Positions 23,730-34,124 of a stretch of DNA of 64,000 nucleotides are shown here, piece after piece. Made by a program: the position numbers and the translations under genes. The stretch lies in the IMG/VR virus record IMGVR_UViG_3300031949_000021, one strand, 5' to 3'. The DNA comes from an uncultured virus (IMG/VR IMGVR_UViG_3300031949_000021). Lineage: Duplodnaviria > Heunggongvirae > Uroviricota > Caudoviricetes. The notes beneath the pieces were generated by a model. That model saw nothing but the letters and a program-made list of their open reading frames with translations, did not search any database and was not told where the DNA came from. How positions within the stretch are numbered: position 1 is the stretch's first letter; each line of letters opens with the position of its first letter.

Positions 23730-25955
23730 TCATGCATTTTTGCCTTCATTCTTAAATAACTGTTTGAATTTGGAATCATAAAATTGCATATTAGACTTCT
23801 TTTTAGCCCCAAAAAATCTAAAGAAAATCATTTCTTGATCTACTAAGGTTTCAATTACCCTATCAAACTTTCTAAGATCATTTATTCCACTAAGTCTATG
23901 TAATTCCCCTCTTTTAATCCCATATCTCCCAGGTTTTTCAATTATTTTACATACCCTATCTGCTATGGCATAGCCTTCTCCCATAACTAAAATATTTTTA
24001 ATGATATATCTTACTTGTCCCTTTAAGTAGTCCACCAAATTGTAAGCATAGTCAAATGACTTACTTTCTACTTTATTAGACCCATTAAAAGATACTTGAT
24101 ATAATATAGCAAGTTTTGTAATATAAGCCTCTAATCTATTCCAATACCCTTTTAAGATATGCTCCTGTGGATCATTTACTATGTCTAGTTTATTATTATA
24201 AATAAAATCACTTATGTTACTCATTACTTCAGATAAGTCCGCTTCTCTTTTTGGCATATCCAAATAAGAAGATAAAGAGTACTCTATCCTATCTTTTCTT
24301 TTAATATGCTCCTCAGTTGTTTTTCTATACTCTCTATTTTCTACTTCTGTGGTTGAACAAACAAATAAATATCGGCACAAAAACCCATTATAAATATCCT
24401 TATAACTAATACTACTAGAAAATTCTTCAGGAACTATTGCAGCTAATATAGACAGTCTAGGATTTGGAATTGTTTTTGGGCCTTCTCCTTTTGAAGAAGT
24501 CCTATAGTCTCCTCTACTATCATATATCTCTCTTAACAATTCTGTGACTCCTGCATATCTACTATTTTTTGATTTAGCTAACAAAGAAGAAAATTCTTCT
24601 AAAACAAGAAGCCCTGAAGGAAAATGTATCAAAGAGTCTATTAAAGCCTCTCTAGAAAGAAAATCTGAGGGAATAAGTAACCCATTGGATACTCTACAAG
24701 CAAAGTTAATTCCCATATTAATAGCAGAACCTTTTCCTATACCTGAAGTTCCTACCAATAATGTGTATAAATTAGGTATTTTTCTTCCATCATCAAATAA
24801 ATCAAACCAAATATTGTCTCCTACTATTGTGGATAAAAGACTGAGTATAGTCATTAAATGATATTCTACAGGAGCCTTGTTTCTGAAAGAGGCATAATCT
24901 ATATAATCTCTTATTAAGCCCTCTTCTGGAATACAGTCATATATAGAAAGTTTACTTATAGAAGATTCTTCTTTAGTCCCATAAACTATTGGATACTTCC
25001 AGCATCTTGCATCACAAAATGGAGATAGTTGATCACTACTACATCCAGGAATAAAATATTCTCCTGAATATACCCCATCTACTTTTGCTTCTACAGTTTC
25101 TACATCCGCAGGGGGGGTATTCTTTTTATTCCACTCTAGTATATACTTTAAGCAATCTTTTTTTGTTAAACCGATAAGGTCTCCCTTTTGCTTAAAATAA
25201 GCTGCTAAAGTAAATAAAGAATCATTTATATGCCCTTTCTTTACTCCTTTGCTCATAGTTTCAATACAAATAAGATTTTTACTCCCATTACTAGAATTCG
25301 TATTCTCTGATTCTTTTGGGATAATATAACTATACTTTTCAATTATCCCATTTATTTTTTCTTTATTTACCTTTGTTACTTTTACATCTTTAATAGAAAG
25401 CCTTTCAAAACTATGATCTAGAAAATATGTTTTAACTCCAGATTCTTTATGTTTTCCTAAAGGAAGTTTTATTAAACTTCCAAGTCCCTTTTTCTTATTT
25501 GTGGTTATTTGTTTTGGGAAAACTTCTACACGCACTTTAGACAAAGCTCGAATTATTTGTCCTAATGCCTTAGCTTTTTTGGCTGATATTCGTCTTTGAA
25601 AAGGAATAAAAATATGATAGCCTTTTTTGCCAGAAAATTCGATTAAAACATTGTCCTCAGATAATCCTACTTGACTACAAGCACTAAGAAGAGCATTTAG
25701 ATAGTCAAGATTTTTTTCATCTAAATCAATAGCTGTAAAAGCACAATTATCGTTTTCATCTACAACATATATCCCAAGAGTAACTTCCCCATTAAAATGT
25801 TTTCTATAATCACTAGTGGTTATGTTTCTTCGTATAGGAACATAAGTCCCGATCCCATATTTTTTGCTCCACTCATGTTGATCTTCTTTACCTATTTGAA
25901 TAGCAAATACCTTTTGTCGTCCTTGAAATATTGACGTATATTCGGATACATTCAT
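23730..25955 (-). CDS. AEP-type primase-polymerase fused to PriCT-like and DUF3987-like helicase domains
   Basis: AIDLDE, FSGKKGYHIF, VEVFPKQ, GSLIKLPLG; EWNKKNTPP; NLYTLLVGTSGIGKG, LEEFS, GFLCRYL. Confidence 0.85.
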   Translation of the reverse strand: MNVSEYTSIFQGRQKVFAIQIGKEDQHEWSKKYGIGTYVPIRRNITTSDYRKHFNGEVTLGIYVVDENDNCAFTAIDLDEKNLDYLNALLSACSQVGLSEDNVLIEFSGKKGYHIFIPFQRRISAKKAKALGQIIRALSKVRVEVFPKQITTNKKKGLGSLIKLPLGKHKESGVKTYFLDHSFERLSIKDVKVTKVNKEKINGIIEKYSYIIPKESENTNSSNGSKNLICIETMSKGVKKGHINDSLFTLAAYFKQKGDLIGLTKKDCLKYILEWNKKNTPPADVETVEAKVDGVYSGEYFIPGCSSDQLSPFCDARCWKYPIVYGTKEESSISKLSIYDCIPEEGLIRDYIDYASFRNKAPVEYHLMTILSLLSTIVGDNIWFDLFDDGRKIPNLYTLLVGTSGIGKGSAINMGINFACRVSNGLLIPSDFLSREALIDSLIHFPSGLLVLEEFSSLLAKSKNSRYAGVTELLREIYDSRGDYRTSSKGEGPKTIPNPRLSILAAIVPEEFSSSISYKDIYNGFLCRYLFVCSTTEVENREYRKTTEEHIKRKDRIEYSLSSYLDMPKREADLSEVMSNISDFIYNNKLDIVNDPQEHILKGYWNRLEAYITKLAILYQVSFNGSNKVESKSFDYAYNLVDYLKGQVRYIIKNILVMGEGYAIADRVCKIIEKPGRYGIKRGELHRLSGINDLRKFDRVIETLVDQEMIFFRFFGAKKKSNMQFYDSKFKQLFKNEGKNA

Positions 25956-26195
25956 GTATATCCTTTCTCAAATTTTAATAAATAGCTCTTCAGTTTCCCT
26001 ACGGCTTAGAGCTAGGCCGTTGCGCCATGAGCAACTTTTGGCTCCGTAGAACAAACGCCTTTAATTTTTGGAACTAGCTACACGCTATCCGATTTATAAC
26101 CTACTCCGCAACTAATGGTTGGCACTTTATTATGGTATCCATTAGCTTTCACCACCACTTATGCAATCCACCTTCACTAGGCCCAAAATGCAATA

Positions 26196-26831
26196 TTATT
26201 TTCTCTTTCTTCTACTAGGTGCTGCTTTTACAGTAGGTTTTTCTGGTGCTATTTTAACTTCTTCCTCTACATAATCGCTTTCTGGAATTTCTTCTGGTGC
26301 TTCTTCAGCCATTTGCCCTTCCTCTACATTATCATCATCTACATTTCCTTCTAGATAATCTATAGTATCTAGTAAAACACTTGCTAATCCTGTAGATATG
26401 TCAGCAAGTCTATCAAATAAAACGTCATCAGATATGTTTTTTGGCTCATCAAAAAATAATTCAGGTCTTGCTGCAACCATATCACAAGCTTTCTTCAAAC
26501 ACACTTGAGCTTCAATAGCAGTTTGTTTAGAACTAGTTTCCCCTTCAACGAATTGTGCGGGAGATACTTCAGCTACCATCTTCTTGACTTTTTTTACTTT
26601 TACAACATTCTTATACTGTCCTTTCGGATTATAAGCTATATCACAAATATAGCCTTCTGAATCAGCAGCTTCATTGTAAGCTCCTTCATTGCCTTCATTA
26701 TTCCATACAGAATACTGCACACCATTTTTATCCTGTAAGCCTACAAATGCTCCACTACCTACATTAACAACTTTTGCCTGCACAACATAAATTTGATCTT
26801 CGATTGGTGGGTTAGTATTTTGTCCTGCCAT
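26196..26831 (-). CDS. Putative single-stranded DNA-binding protein
   Basis: Beta-rich OB-like N-terminus (KGQYKNV), acidic C-terminal region, location between nuclease and primase. Confidence 0.45.
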   Translation of the reverse strand: MAGQNTNPPIEDQIYVVQAKVVNVGSGAFVGLQDKNGVQYSVWNNEGNEGAYNEAADSEGYICDIAYNPKGQYKNVVKVKKVKKMVAEVSPAQFVEGETSSKQTAIEAQVCLKKACDMVAARPELFFDEPKNISDDVLFDRLADISTGLASVLLDTIDYLEGNVDDDNVEEGQMAEEAPEEIPESDYVEEEVKIAPEKPTVKAAPSRRKRK

Positions 26832-27104
26832 TCTAAAATCCTCCTTTTAATTTACCTTAGTTTTCCATAAATACAGTCTTTTCTTAAACAAACTACTCTA
26901 ACTGCTGAACCTACGTCCTGTGTATAATACTTATGAAACCCTAGCCAACATAGTAATCTTCCTATCATTATATCTCCTTTTATTTTCTAAAGATACTTTG
27001 CATATTTACAATTTTTCCTGCCACAATATATACTGTGCCATACTCCCACATACTTGTGAAAACCCAACTTACACAATATTCTTCCTAACATCTTACCTCC
27101 CTTT

Positions 27105-27133
27105 ATTATACTATACTTTTAGTTTCTTGTAAA
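27105..27133 (-). promoter_or_regulatory. Sigma-70 promoter
   Basis: TTTACA-N17-TATAAT followed by GGAGG. Confidence 0.7.
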
Positions 27134-27135
27134 GC

Positions 27136-27771
27136 CTATCTTATCTTTTTCTTTAGCTCATATAACTTGAGACAGTAATAAAAAATACTCCAATAATCCT
27201 TCAATTCTTTTGCAGATACAGACCTTTCCTCAAATCCTTCCGATGGGTCTCTTCCTATTCTGATTATTTTAAACTTTTTAGGTTTGTGACCATTCTCTTT
27301 AAGAAGTTGTACGTATGCTGCTACTTGAGAAAACATTTCACTATATATTGCCTTTCCTGTCTTAAAATCTACTAAAGCATCTACACCATCTATATTACAA
27401 AATAAATCTATTGTGCCACCATAAAAATATTTAGCAGAAGCCATCTGCTCTTCTATAAGTATTGGTGTAATCTCATGCTCATCATTCCAGGAATAAAATG
27501 ACTTGAGAGAATTTTCAGCCAATTTTATTTGATTCTTAGAATAATCATCTGTATTACATTCAGTACCCTCAAAATAGTGCATTACCATTTCGTGGGCAAG
27601 AGTACCTATCTCGGCTGCCTCATTTACATATTTAGTTGTGTCTATCCCCTTTAATCCCATTCTGTTAGCCCAGGGGATTAAATTTGGCTTATTAAGTACA
27701 CCTAAAATAGTAGTTACTCCAGCAACCCTTTTATTTTCTACCATATATCTAGTATGTGCTTTTACTTTCAT
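27136..27771 (-). CDS. PD-(D/E)XK exonuclease (Cas4/RecB-like)
   Basis: GVTTILG, GTLAH, GGTIDL, VDFKTGK, QVAAY. Confidence 0.85.
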   Translation of the reverse strand: MKVKAHTRYMVENKRVAGVTTILGVLNKPNLIPWANRMGLKGIDTTKYVNEAAEIGTLAHEMVMHYFEGTECNTDDYSKNQIKLAENSLKSFYSWNDEHEITPILIEEQMASAKYFYGGTIDLFCNIDGVDALVDFKTGKAIYSEMFSQVAAYVQLLKENGHKPKKFKIIRIGRDPSEGFEERSVSAKELKDYWSIFYYCLKLYELKKKIR

Positions 27772-28337
27772 CTGTTACACCTCCAGTGCAGGTTTTTAAT
27801 AATGCTATAAACAGTGCCTTTAGATATGCCTAACTGTTTAGAAATATAACGATCAGAATAGCCTTGATTTTTTAATCTTTTTGTCTTTTTAACTTGGCTA
27901 TGAGTAATTGTAGCTTGAGGATGGTCTTTCCCTTTTGCGTGCTGTATTAAACCTAATTTATGTGCATGATCACTATTTTGCTTATGCGTTACATATTCAA
28001 GATTATTATAAATATTATTTATTTTAATCCCATCTTTATGGTTAATTTCTTTCCCCTTTGGGCAGGGGCCAATAAAAGTACTTGCTATGAGTTGATGTAC
28101 TTTAAATCTATATCTAGTATTATTTTTCCAAAGATCTACATATGCATAGCCATTTGAACTTACCCAAGGACTGAGTAATCTACCTATTTGTGTTGCTACT
28201 CCTGGGAGCACTCTTTTAACTCGACCATAATTAGATATAGCATAAGCTGGAAAATCTTTTAAGATAGTCCATTGCTCTTCATCTATAGGAACTCTTCTTT
28301 TTTCTACCCTATACTGCGCATGAGCTTTTGTTTTCAT
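27768..28337 (-). CDS. NUMOD4-HNH homing endonuclease
   Basis: YAISNYGRVK, VHQLIASTF, INHKDGIKINNIYNNLEY, C-terminal HTH. Confidence 0.9.
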   Translation of the reverse strand: MKTKAHAQYRVEKRRVPIDEEQWTILKDFPAYAISNYGRVKRVLPGVATQIGRLLSPWVSSNGYAYVDLWKNNTRYRFKVHQLIASTFIGPCPKGKEINHKDGIKINNIYNNLEYVTHKQNSDHAHKLGLIQHAKGKDHPQATITHSQVKKTKRLKNQGYSDRYISKQLGISKGTVYSIIKNLHWRCNR

Positions 28338-28705
28338 AATCTCTCCTTATAAGTATTTTTTAACGTATATTAACTTATCATAACCTGTTTCTTCTAGAGC
28401 TAATTGCTGAAGATGGTATTGCCAAATTGGAATTAAATACTCCTTTCCTTCATTATCCAAATAAGTTATATGCACCCCTTGTGTAGCAGTTTTTGTTTTA
28501 TTTTTTCTGCCTTCTCCCCAAAAAGCCCTGGCAAAACCGTGATCAAATAATATATCTAACAATGAGTATTCTGCACCAAAATCATTAACATATACTTCTT
28601 TATTTTCAGCATCCTCAATAGTTTGAAATTTATTACTTAATCGGCTATCCCAACCATTTCTTATAGCTTTTGCTATTATTTTATTTAGAATAATTTCCCT
28701 TTTCA

Positions 28706-31432
28706 TTATACCGCCAACCTTTTTTTCTTTTCTACCTCAGCTACAAGAGGAACTTTTAACTTAATTACATTTTCCATTATTGAACGCATTTTAGGAGCTG
28801 TGTCATCTGCAACCGAATCATGAACATAAAGAACAATTTCATCATGTACGTCCAAAGGCATAAATATCTTCTTTTCATCAACTAGTTTTTCATATAATGC
28901 TGCAAGAGCCATCTTATTAATATCTCCTGTTGCAGGAGATTGTATTTTAAAATTAACTGCTTGTCTTAATGCTTCTTCTCTAATCCATTTATTATTACTA
29001 TAAACTTCTGGAATTCTTCTACGCCTTCCAGTAATAGAGGTAACATATCCTTTTCTAACTAATTCTTGTTTTGATCTTTCAATAAACTCATATACTCTAG
29101 GTGCTCTCAAAAAATACTTATCAATTTTATCTTGTGCTTCTTTTTCAGTACAATCTAATTTTAATGCTAAAGCATATGCTGATAACCCATAGGCAATTCC
29201 AAAATTTATTTCTTTGGCTGCATTCCTTTCATCCTTAGTAATTTTATCGTAGGATATTCCAAACATCTCGGAAGCAACTAATTTGTGTGTATCTAAATCC
29301 CCTTTTATAAAACCAGCTATAAGAAACTCTTCTCCACTACAGTGAGCCAACATGCGGATCTCCAGTTGGCTATTTGAACTTATAACCCCACAAGATAAGG
29401 CATAGTTTTTATCAGGAAAAACCCCTATAGAGTATACCTTTTCTTTTTTGTTGGTATTTTTAACACTAACTACTTTATGATTAAATCCAACAAGAATAGC
29501 ATTGTGATAGCATTTCCTAGAACAATACTTTTGTTTTTGGCAGGGGAAGGAATGAAATTTTTTACCACAGTATAAACATTCAGTATTATGCTCTTTCCCC
29601 CCTCTCCAATTTGCATTATTTTTACCTTCTCTAGACTTCCAATTAGAGATGCTTTCTATGTGTTTTTTCTTTCTATGCTTATGATCTTGTTTTTTATAAT
29701 TTTCTTTTGAATGAGAAGAAAGATGTTGATGCTTTTTTCTATACTCTAAATTACTAGGAAGATTATTTAATTTATTTTCGTCTTTATGGTGGGTATGAAA
29801 CCCTTGGGGCAATTCCCCTAATACTGCTTCAGCTACAATTCTATGCTCTTTACTATATTCAAAAGCACTATGACAATACAAATGAGCATAACCATTTCGT
29901 TTATTTATTATCTTTTTAATTGGCATAATTCTATCATTTATCTGTAAATCTTTTATTCGTTTTTTATCCCCTGAAATAAGGAGTATCTTATGCTCTCCTG
30001 TGCCGCGTATTATTTCTCCGTTATCCAATAAGACTTCCCAAATCTCTGCTTCTCCAGTACAAAAAGACTGATTAACTTCTCCTACTGCTGGTTTTCTATT
30101 CCTGTAAGTAAACACCTTATCTCCAACTTTAATATCTTTGATTGGAACATCACCATTTACTGTTTTAACTAAAGTGTCCCCAGTTAAACAAAAGTCAGCA
30201 GACAATATCCAAAAACCTTCTGGAGCTATTATAGCATGTTTTATAATTTTTGCATACTTATACATTAAGTCATTTTTATCATCCATTTCTTTCTTTAAAT
30301 TCTGAAAGTTTGGGTTACTACTATTTAATCTTGCTGTAACTGTTAATGCTCCTGAAAAACTTGGATATATTCTACCGTCAGGCATTAAATGTTCCTCAGT
30401 AAAGGGAACAAGATACATTTTCTTTATTTGATCTAAAGACCTATATAGTAGAATCTTATCTATTAGTTTTGTATCCTTTTTGTTTTTAACTAAATCTTTT
30501 CTTAACAATTCCAGTGTTGGAGTACTTGTTGATGCTTTTTTATTTCCTGATTTTCCCCCTTTTGTTTTTCCTTTAGCAGCATATTTTAGTTTGGTATACA
30601 GCACTTCTCTCATTTGTGGGGGGCTTCTAAGATTAAAGTCTGTTTTAGCTAATCTCTTAATATCAGATTCTAAAATATTCACATCTTTTTTTACTTCTTC
30701 TCTACTTTCAATTAAATAATCAACATCAATAGCTGATCCTGTACGTTGCATATGAGCTAATGCTGGTATTGTTGGAATTTCTATGCCATTAAATACTCTC
30801 ATTAGATTTTGTTTCTCTAACTCTGGAAGGTAAAATTCTGATAAGTAGTAACAGGCTATTGAATCATTACAACCGTACTTTATTCTTTCATTAAGAGAAT
30901 ATTCTTTAATGTCTTTATCTTCAAAATCTAAAATATCATATTGCCAATCTAGATACTTCCATATAAGAGGTTTTAATGGAAGACCTTTTTCTTTAGACCC
31001 TATTCTATAGTCTTTAAGTCCTCCACGTAAATCATTTTCATCATATTCCCTTGCCATAATTTGAGTATCCCAAATGGGTTGTTGCATATCTATTTTGTGT
31101 TTATAAAAAACGTTTATATCAAATGGGGCATTATGAAGTATCTTGATTTTCTTTTTGTCTTCAAGAATACTTTTCAAAAATTTGTCTACTCTTTTAGTAA
31201 ACTTATTATCCTCATCAAGTTTTTCTATCCAAATAGCATGATATGGGAAGTAAATAGAAACACCAAACATTGTTGTAAATTTTACATGAACTCTATGCAA
31301 CTTATCTTGTCCAGTTGTTTCAGTATCAATAGCAAATTTATTGACATTAGCTAACATATACTGCTCTATTTTATCTATTTGCTCTATAGTTGTTAGGTGA
31401 TGATACTTAATTTTATTTAAGGGTATTTGCAT
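28706..31432 (-). CDS. polA: Family A DNA polymerase (3'-5' exonuclease plus polymerase) interrupted by an intein
   Basis: AIDTETTG, HNAPFD, TARLNSSNPNFQN, SADF|intein|SQLEIR, RNAAKEINFGIAYG, VHDEI. Confidence 0.95.
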   Translation of the reverse strand: MQIPLNKIKYHHLTTIEQIDKIEQYMLANVNKFAIDTETTGQDKLHRVHVKFTTMFGVSIYFPYHAIWIEKLDEDNKFTKRVDKFLKSILEDKKKIKILHNAPFDINVFYKHKIDMQQPIWDTQIMAREYDENDLRGGLKDYRIGSKEKGLPLKPLIWKYLDWQYDILDFEDKDIKEYSLNERIKYGCNDSIACYYLSEFYLPELEKQNLMRVFNGIEIPTIPALAHMQRTGSAIDVDYLIESREEVKKDVNILESDIKRLAKTDFNLRSPPQMREVLYTKLKYAAKGKTKGGKSGNKKASTSTPTLELLRKDLVKNKKDTKLIDKILLYRSLDQIKKMYLVPFTEEHLMPDGRIYPSFSGALTVTARLNSSNPNFQNLKKEMDDKNDLMYKYAKIIKHAIIAPEGFWILSADFCLTGDTLVKTVNGDVPIKDIKVGDKVFTYRNRKPAVGEVNQSFCTGEAEIWEVLLDNGEIIRGTGEHKILLISGDKKRIKDLQINDRIMPIKKIINKRNGYAHLYCHSAFEYSKEHRIVAEAVLGELPQGFHTHHKDENKLNNLPSNLEYRKKHQHLSSHSKENYKKQDHKHRKKKHIESISNWKSREGKNNANWRGGKEHNTECLYCGKKFHSFPCQKQKYCSRKCYHNAILVGFNHKVVSVKNTNKKEKVYSIGVFPDKNYALSCGVISSNSQLEIRMLAHCSGEEFLIAGFIKGDLDTHKLVASEMFGISYDKITKDERNAAKEINFGIAYGLSAYALALKLDCTEKEAQDKIDKYFLRAPRVYEFIERSKQELVRKGYVTSITGRRRRIPEVYSNNKWIREEALRQAVNFKIQSPATGDINKMALAALYEKLVDEKKIFMPLDVHDEIVLYVHDSVADDTAPKMRSIMENVIKLKVPLVAEVEKKKRLAV
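29372..30190 (-). mobile_element. Intein (273 aa) with HNH endonuclease and zinc finger in polymerase motif A
   Basis: Starts CLTGDT, block B TGEHKI, HHKDENKLNN..NL, CLYC..CSRKC, ends ISSN/S. Confidence 0.9.
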
Positions 31433-31737
31433 AGCCTATTCACTTTCTTTTACATTTTTCAATCTAATTCATCAAGATCAATCAAATTATTACTATTCTC
31501 AACTAATTTATTCACACATATCAAATCATAGTTATCTTCAATAAATTTTATTACACTATCTACTATATCACTCAAATAAAAAGAAGTCGTTTTATGCCAA
31601 GATTTTGTATCTTCTATTGCTGCAATTACAATAGCTTTAAAATTCTCTTGAGAGTACTTTGCATGGGAATAGAAAAATATTTCACAATAATCTTCATAAC
31701 GGCCAGCACAAAAACCATAAAAGTAAGTTGCCATATT

Positions 31738-32106
31738 TTAACCCCCTAATACCCTGTTTGGGTTATCTGATTTTAGTTTTTTATTAGAGTATTGTTTTGA
31801 TTTATTCTCATTACCCCCATTTTTAGGCTTTACAAAATCCCCAAAACGAGTATAAATTTCTTTTGCTCCAAGACTAGCAATAATACCAGAAAGGATATAT
31901 GCTTCTATGCTTGTACCATAAAACTTTACTCCTGAAAGTGCAAACACATTAGCGTGCAGTCTAATAGCATTATAAATAGAAAAAATCAGAGCTAAAGTTG
32001 GGTAGTAAAAATCTTTTCTAACTAATAGCCTAATCGCATCTACTAAAGCGTAAGCAACAATAGCTGTAACAATTAAAGTTAAAAAATCTCCTAACATCTT
32101 ATACAC
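31738..32106 (-). CDS. Membrane protein (possibly holin-like)
   Basis: Three hydrophobic segments and a charged C-terminus. Confidence 0.45.
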   Translation of the reverse strand: MYKMLGDFLTLIVTAIVAYALVDAIRLLVRKDFYYPTLALIFSIYNAIRLHANVFALSGVKFYGTSIEAYILSGIIASLGAKEIYTRFGDFVKPKNGGNENKSKQYSNKKLKSDNPNRVLGG

Positions 32107-32721
32107 TCCTTTTTAAGCTTTTTGAAAGAACTTTAAAATTATGATTTATTTTAGTGTTATTAGTCTCAATCTCTATTGCTACTAATATAGCAAATAAAGA
32201 AGTAAAAAACCCTGTTTCTAAATAAATAGCATAGATGAGTAATAAAGTTAAAAACCATCTAATTACAATTTGGCATACAACCAAGCTTTTACTCATCTCA
32301 GCCCCCATCACAATTACACTTATTATCTTCTTCTACAGTCTCAACTTTGGGCATTTCTATAGCATAATTCTCATACTGTGTTGAAAAGGTAACAGAACTT
32401 CTTTTTGTTTGCTTACGCTTTTGCCTTCTAAGCTCTTCTAAAATTGTCTGAATAGGTTTAAATCTTTTTCTCATTATTTCTCCTTAACCCCACTTTATAG
32501 GTATTCCATTATCTAGTACATCAGCATTACACACTTCTCTTGTACAAGGAAAATAGTTACATTGTTTACCAAATATTCCTACACAACCACCAGTTTTGTT
32601 TGTTACTCTAATTTTAACCTTATCTATATTGCTTCCAAGGAGGTCTATTTTGTCATTTTCCAATTTTTCTATTCTTTTTTCCAATGCCTCTACCCAATCA
32701 AATAACTCTGAAAAACTCGTT

Positions 32722-33183
32722 TTAAACTCCTGAACTTCCAAATCCTTCATTTCCTCTATCTGTTTCTGTTAGCTCATCTACTTCTTGTATTGTAAAATCA
32801 TATTGTTTTCTAATGATTAGCTGAGCTATTCTATCCCCTCTTTGTACATAATAATTCTGATTTCCCTGATTAATCAAAATTGCCTTAACTTCCCCTGTAA
32901 ATCCCTCATCTACAATTCCAGGACTATTAACTATGGAAATTCCTTCTTCAGCTAACCCAGAACGAGGAACAATCATGCCAAAATAACCTACTGGAAATTC
33001 TAAAATAATTCCTGTTGGTATCCAATGCTTTTCCCCTGGCTCTAATGTCCAATAAACAGCACTATACAAATCAATACCAGCATCAGTAGAGTGAACTTTC
33101 TTTGGGAGAGGAAGATCTTTAGTTAATCGTTTAATTTTTAACATTCCAGGAATTATGTATGCTTCATTAAAAAAACCAACCAC
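32722..33183 (-). CDS. dut: Trimeric dUTPase
   Basis: AGIDL, PRSGL, GIVD, GDRIAQL, RGNEGFGSSG. Confidence 0.96.
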   Translation of the reverse strand: MVGFFNEAYIIPGMLKIKRLTKDLPLPKKVHSTDAGIDLYSAVYWTLEPGEKHWIPTGIILEFPVGYFGMIVPRSGLAEEGISIVNSPGIVDEGFTGEVKAILINQGNQNYYVQRGDRIAQLIIRKQYDFTIQEVDELTETDRGNEGFGSSGV

Positions 33184-33212
33184 AGTATCTCCTTACTTTA
33201 TCCCCTAATACC

Positions 33213-33241
33213 ATTATAGCATATCCCTTATATTGTTTCAC
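33213..33241 (-). promoter_or_regulatory. Extended -10 promoter of the replication operon
   Basis: GTGAAA-N17-TATAAT with TG immediately upstream of dut. Confidence 0.6.
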
Positions 33242-33454
33242 CATTTAGTAAATCTCAACATATAGTGAAACTATTCCTTTTATGGCTGCCTATCCCTATT
33301 AATAGCCTTCCTGTGACAGTATAGCTATTCCCTGACACCCAGTATTTTACCTAGTTGGCTTCTCCTCGCTTACTCCACCTAGACTTGCAGAGCCTTTCGC
33401 TTTCTGCCTCTAGGGACTCCATTATCTTTGCCAACTTTCCTATACCCTAAGAAT

Positions 33455-33483
33455 ACTTTAGCATAAAGAAAACTATTTGTCAA
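33455..33483 (-). promoter_or_regulatory. Sigma-70 promoter
   Basis: TTGACA-N17-TAAAGT with TG. Confidence 0.6.
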
Positions 33484-34124
33484 CAACTTTATCAAATACC
33501 AACTAGATTAGATTGTTATGGGGGTATACTCACTTATATGCACGTAAATAGCTTATTAGATACCCATACCCCGTAGGGGTATCCATAATGCTTGTTGCTT
33601 TCGCTAAAAAATTTTAATTAAAAATTTATTCTGAGTTGTTATTTATTACGTAAGTAATAAATTATTTATTATAATTTAAGCTTTTTATCTTATATAAGCT
33701 TAATATACAAGTATATTATGAATTCAAAAGCAAAATTTAAGCTAAAATTTACTTCTTATACCAGGTTAACATATGTAAACTATAAAGCACCTAAAAAACC
33801 ACTTTTTAAAAAACATGAGAACTTAGTATACCCCTAGGGGGTATTTGAAGTGTAAAGAAATCTATTTCCCCTGTTGGTTTATAGGCAAAACATTAAATAT
33901 AAGGTCAAGGTTAAAATTTTGGTATTAAATATAAGGTAAACATATAAATAGTATAATTACCTTTGGTTTAACAATATATTACCTGTTGGGATACCCCATA
34001 AATTTTTATTTAATAACCGACACTACAGGTAAAAAGGGGGTTTTTTTACCTTAGCTGAACTGGTATTTAGCTTATTTATGCAGGTAGTAGACTTGTGATA
34101 GTATTAAAGTAGGAGGTATTTTTT

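Noticed and set aside
25985..26000. Hammerhead ribozyme (CTGAAGA and GAAA on the minus strand)
   Set aside because: The core elements are in the wrong order and stem II cannot be formed.
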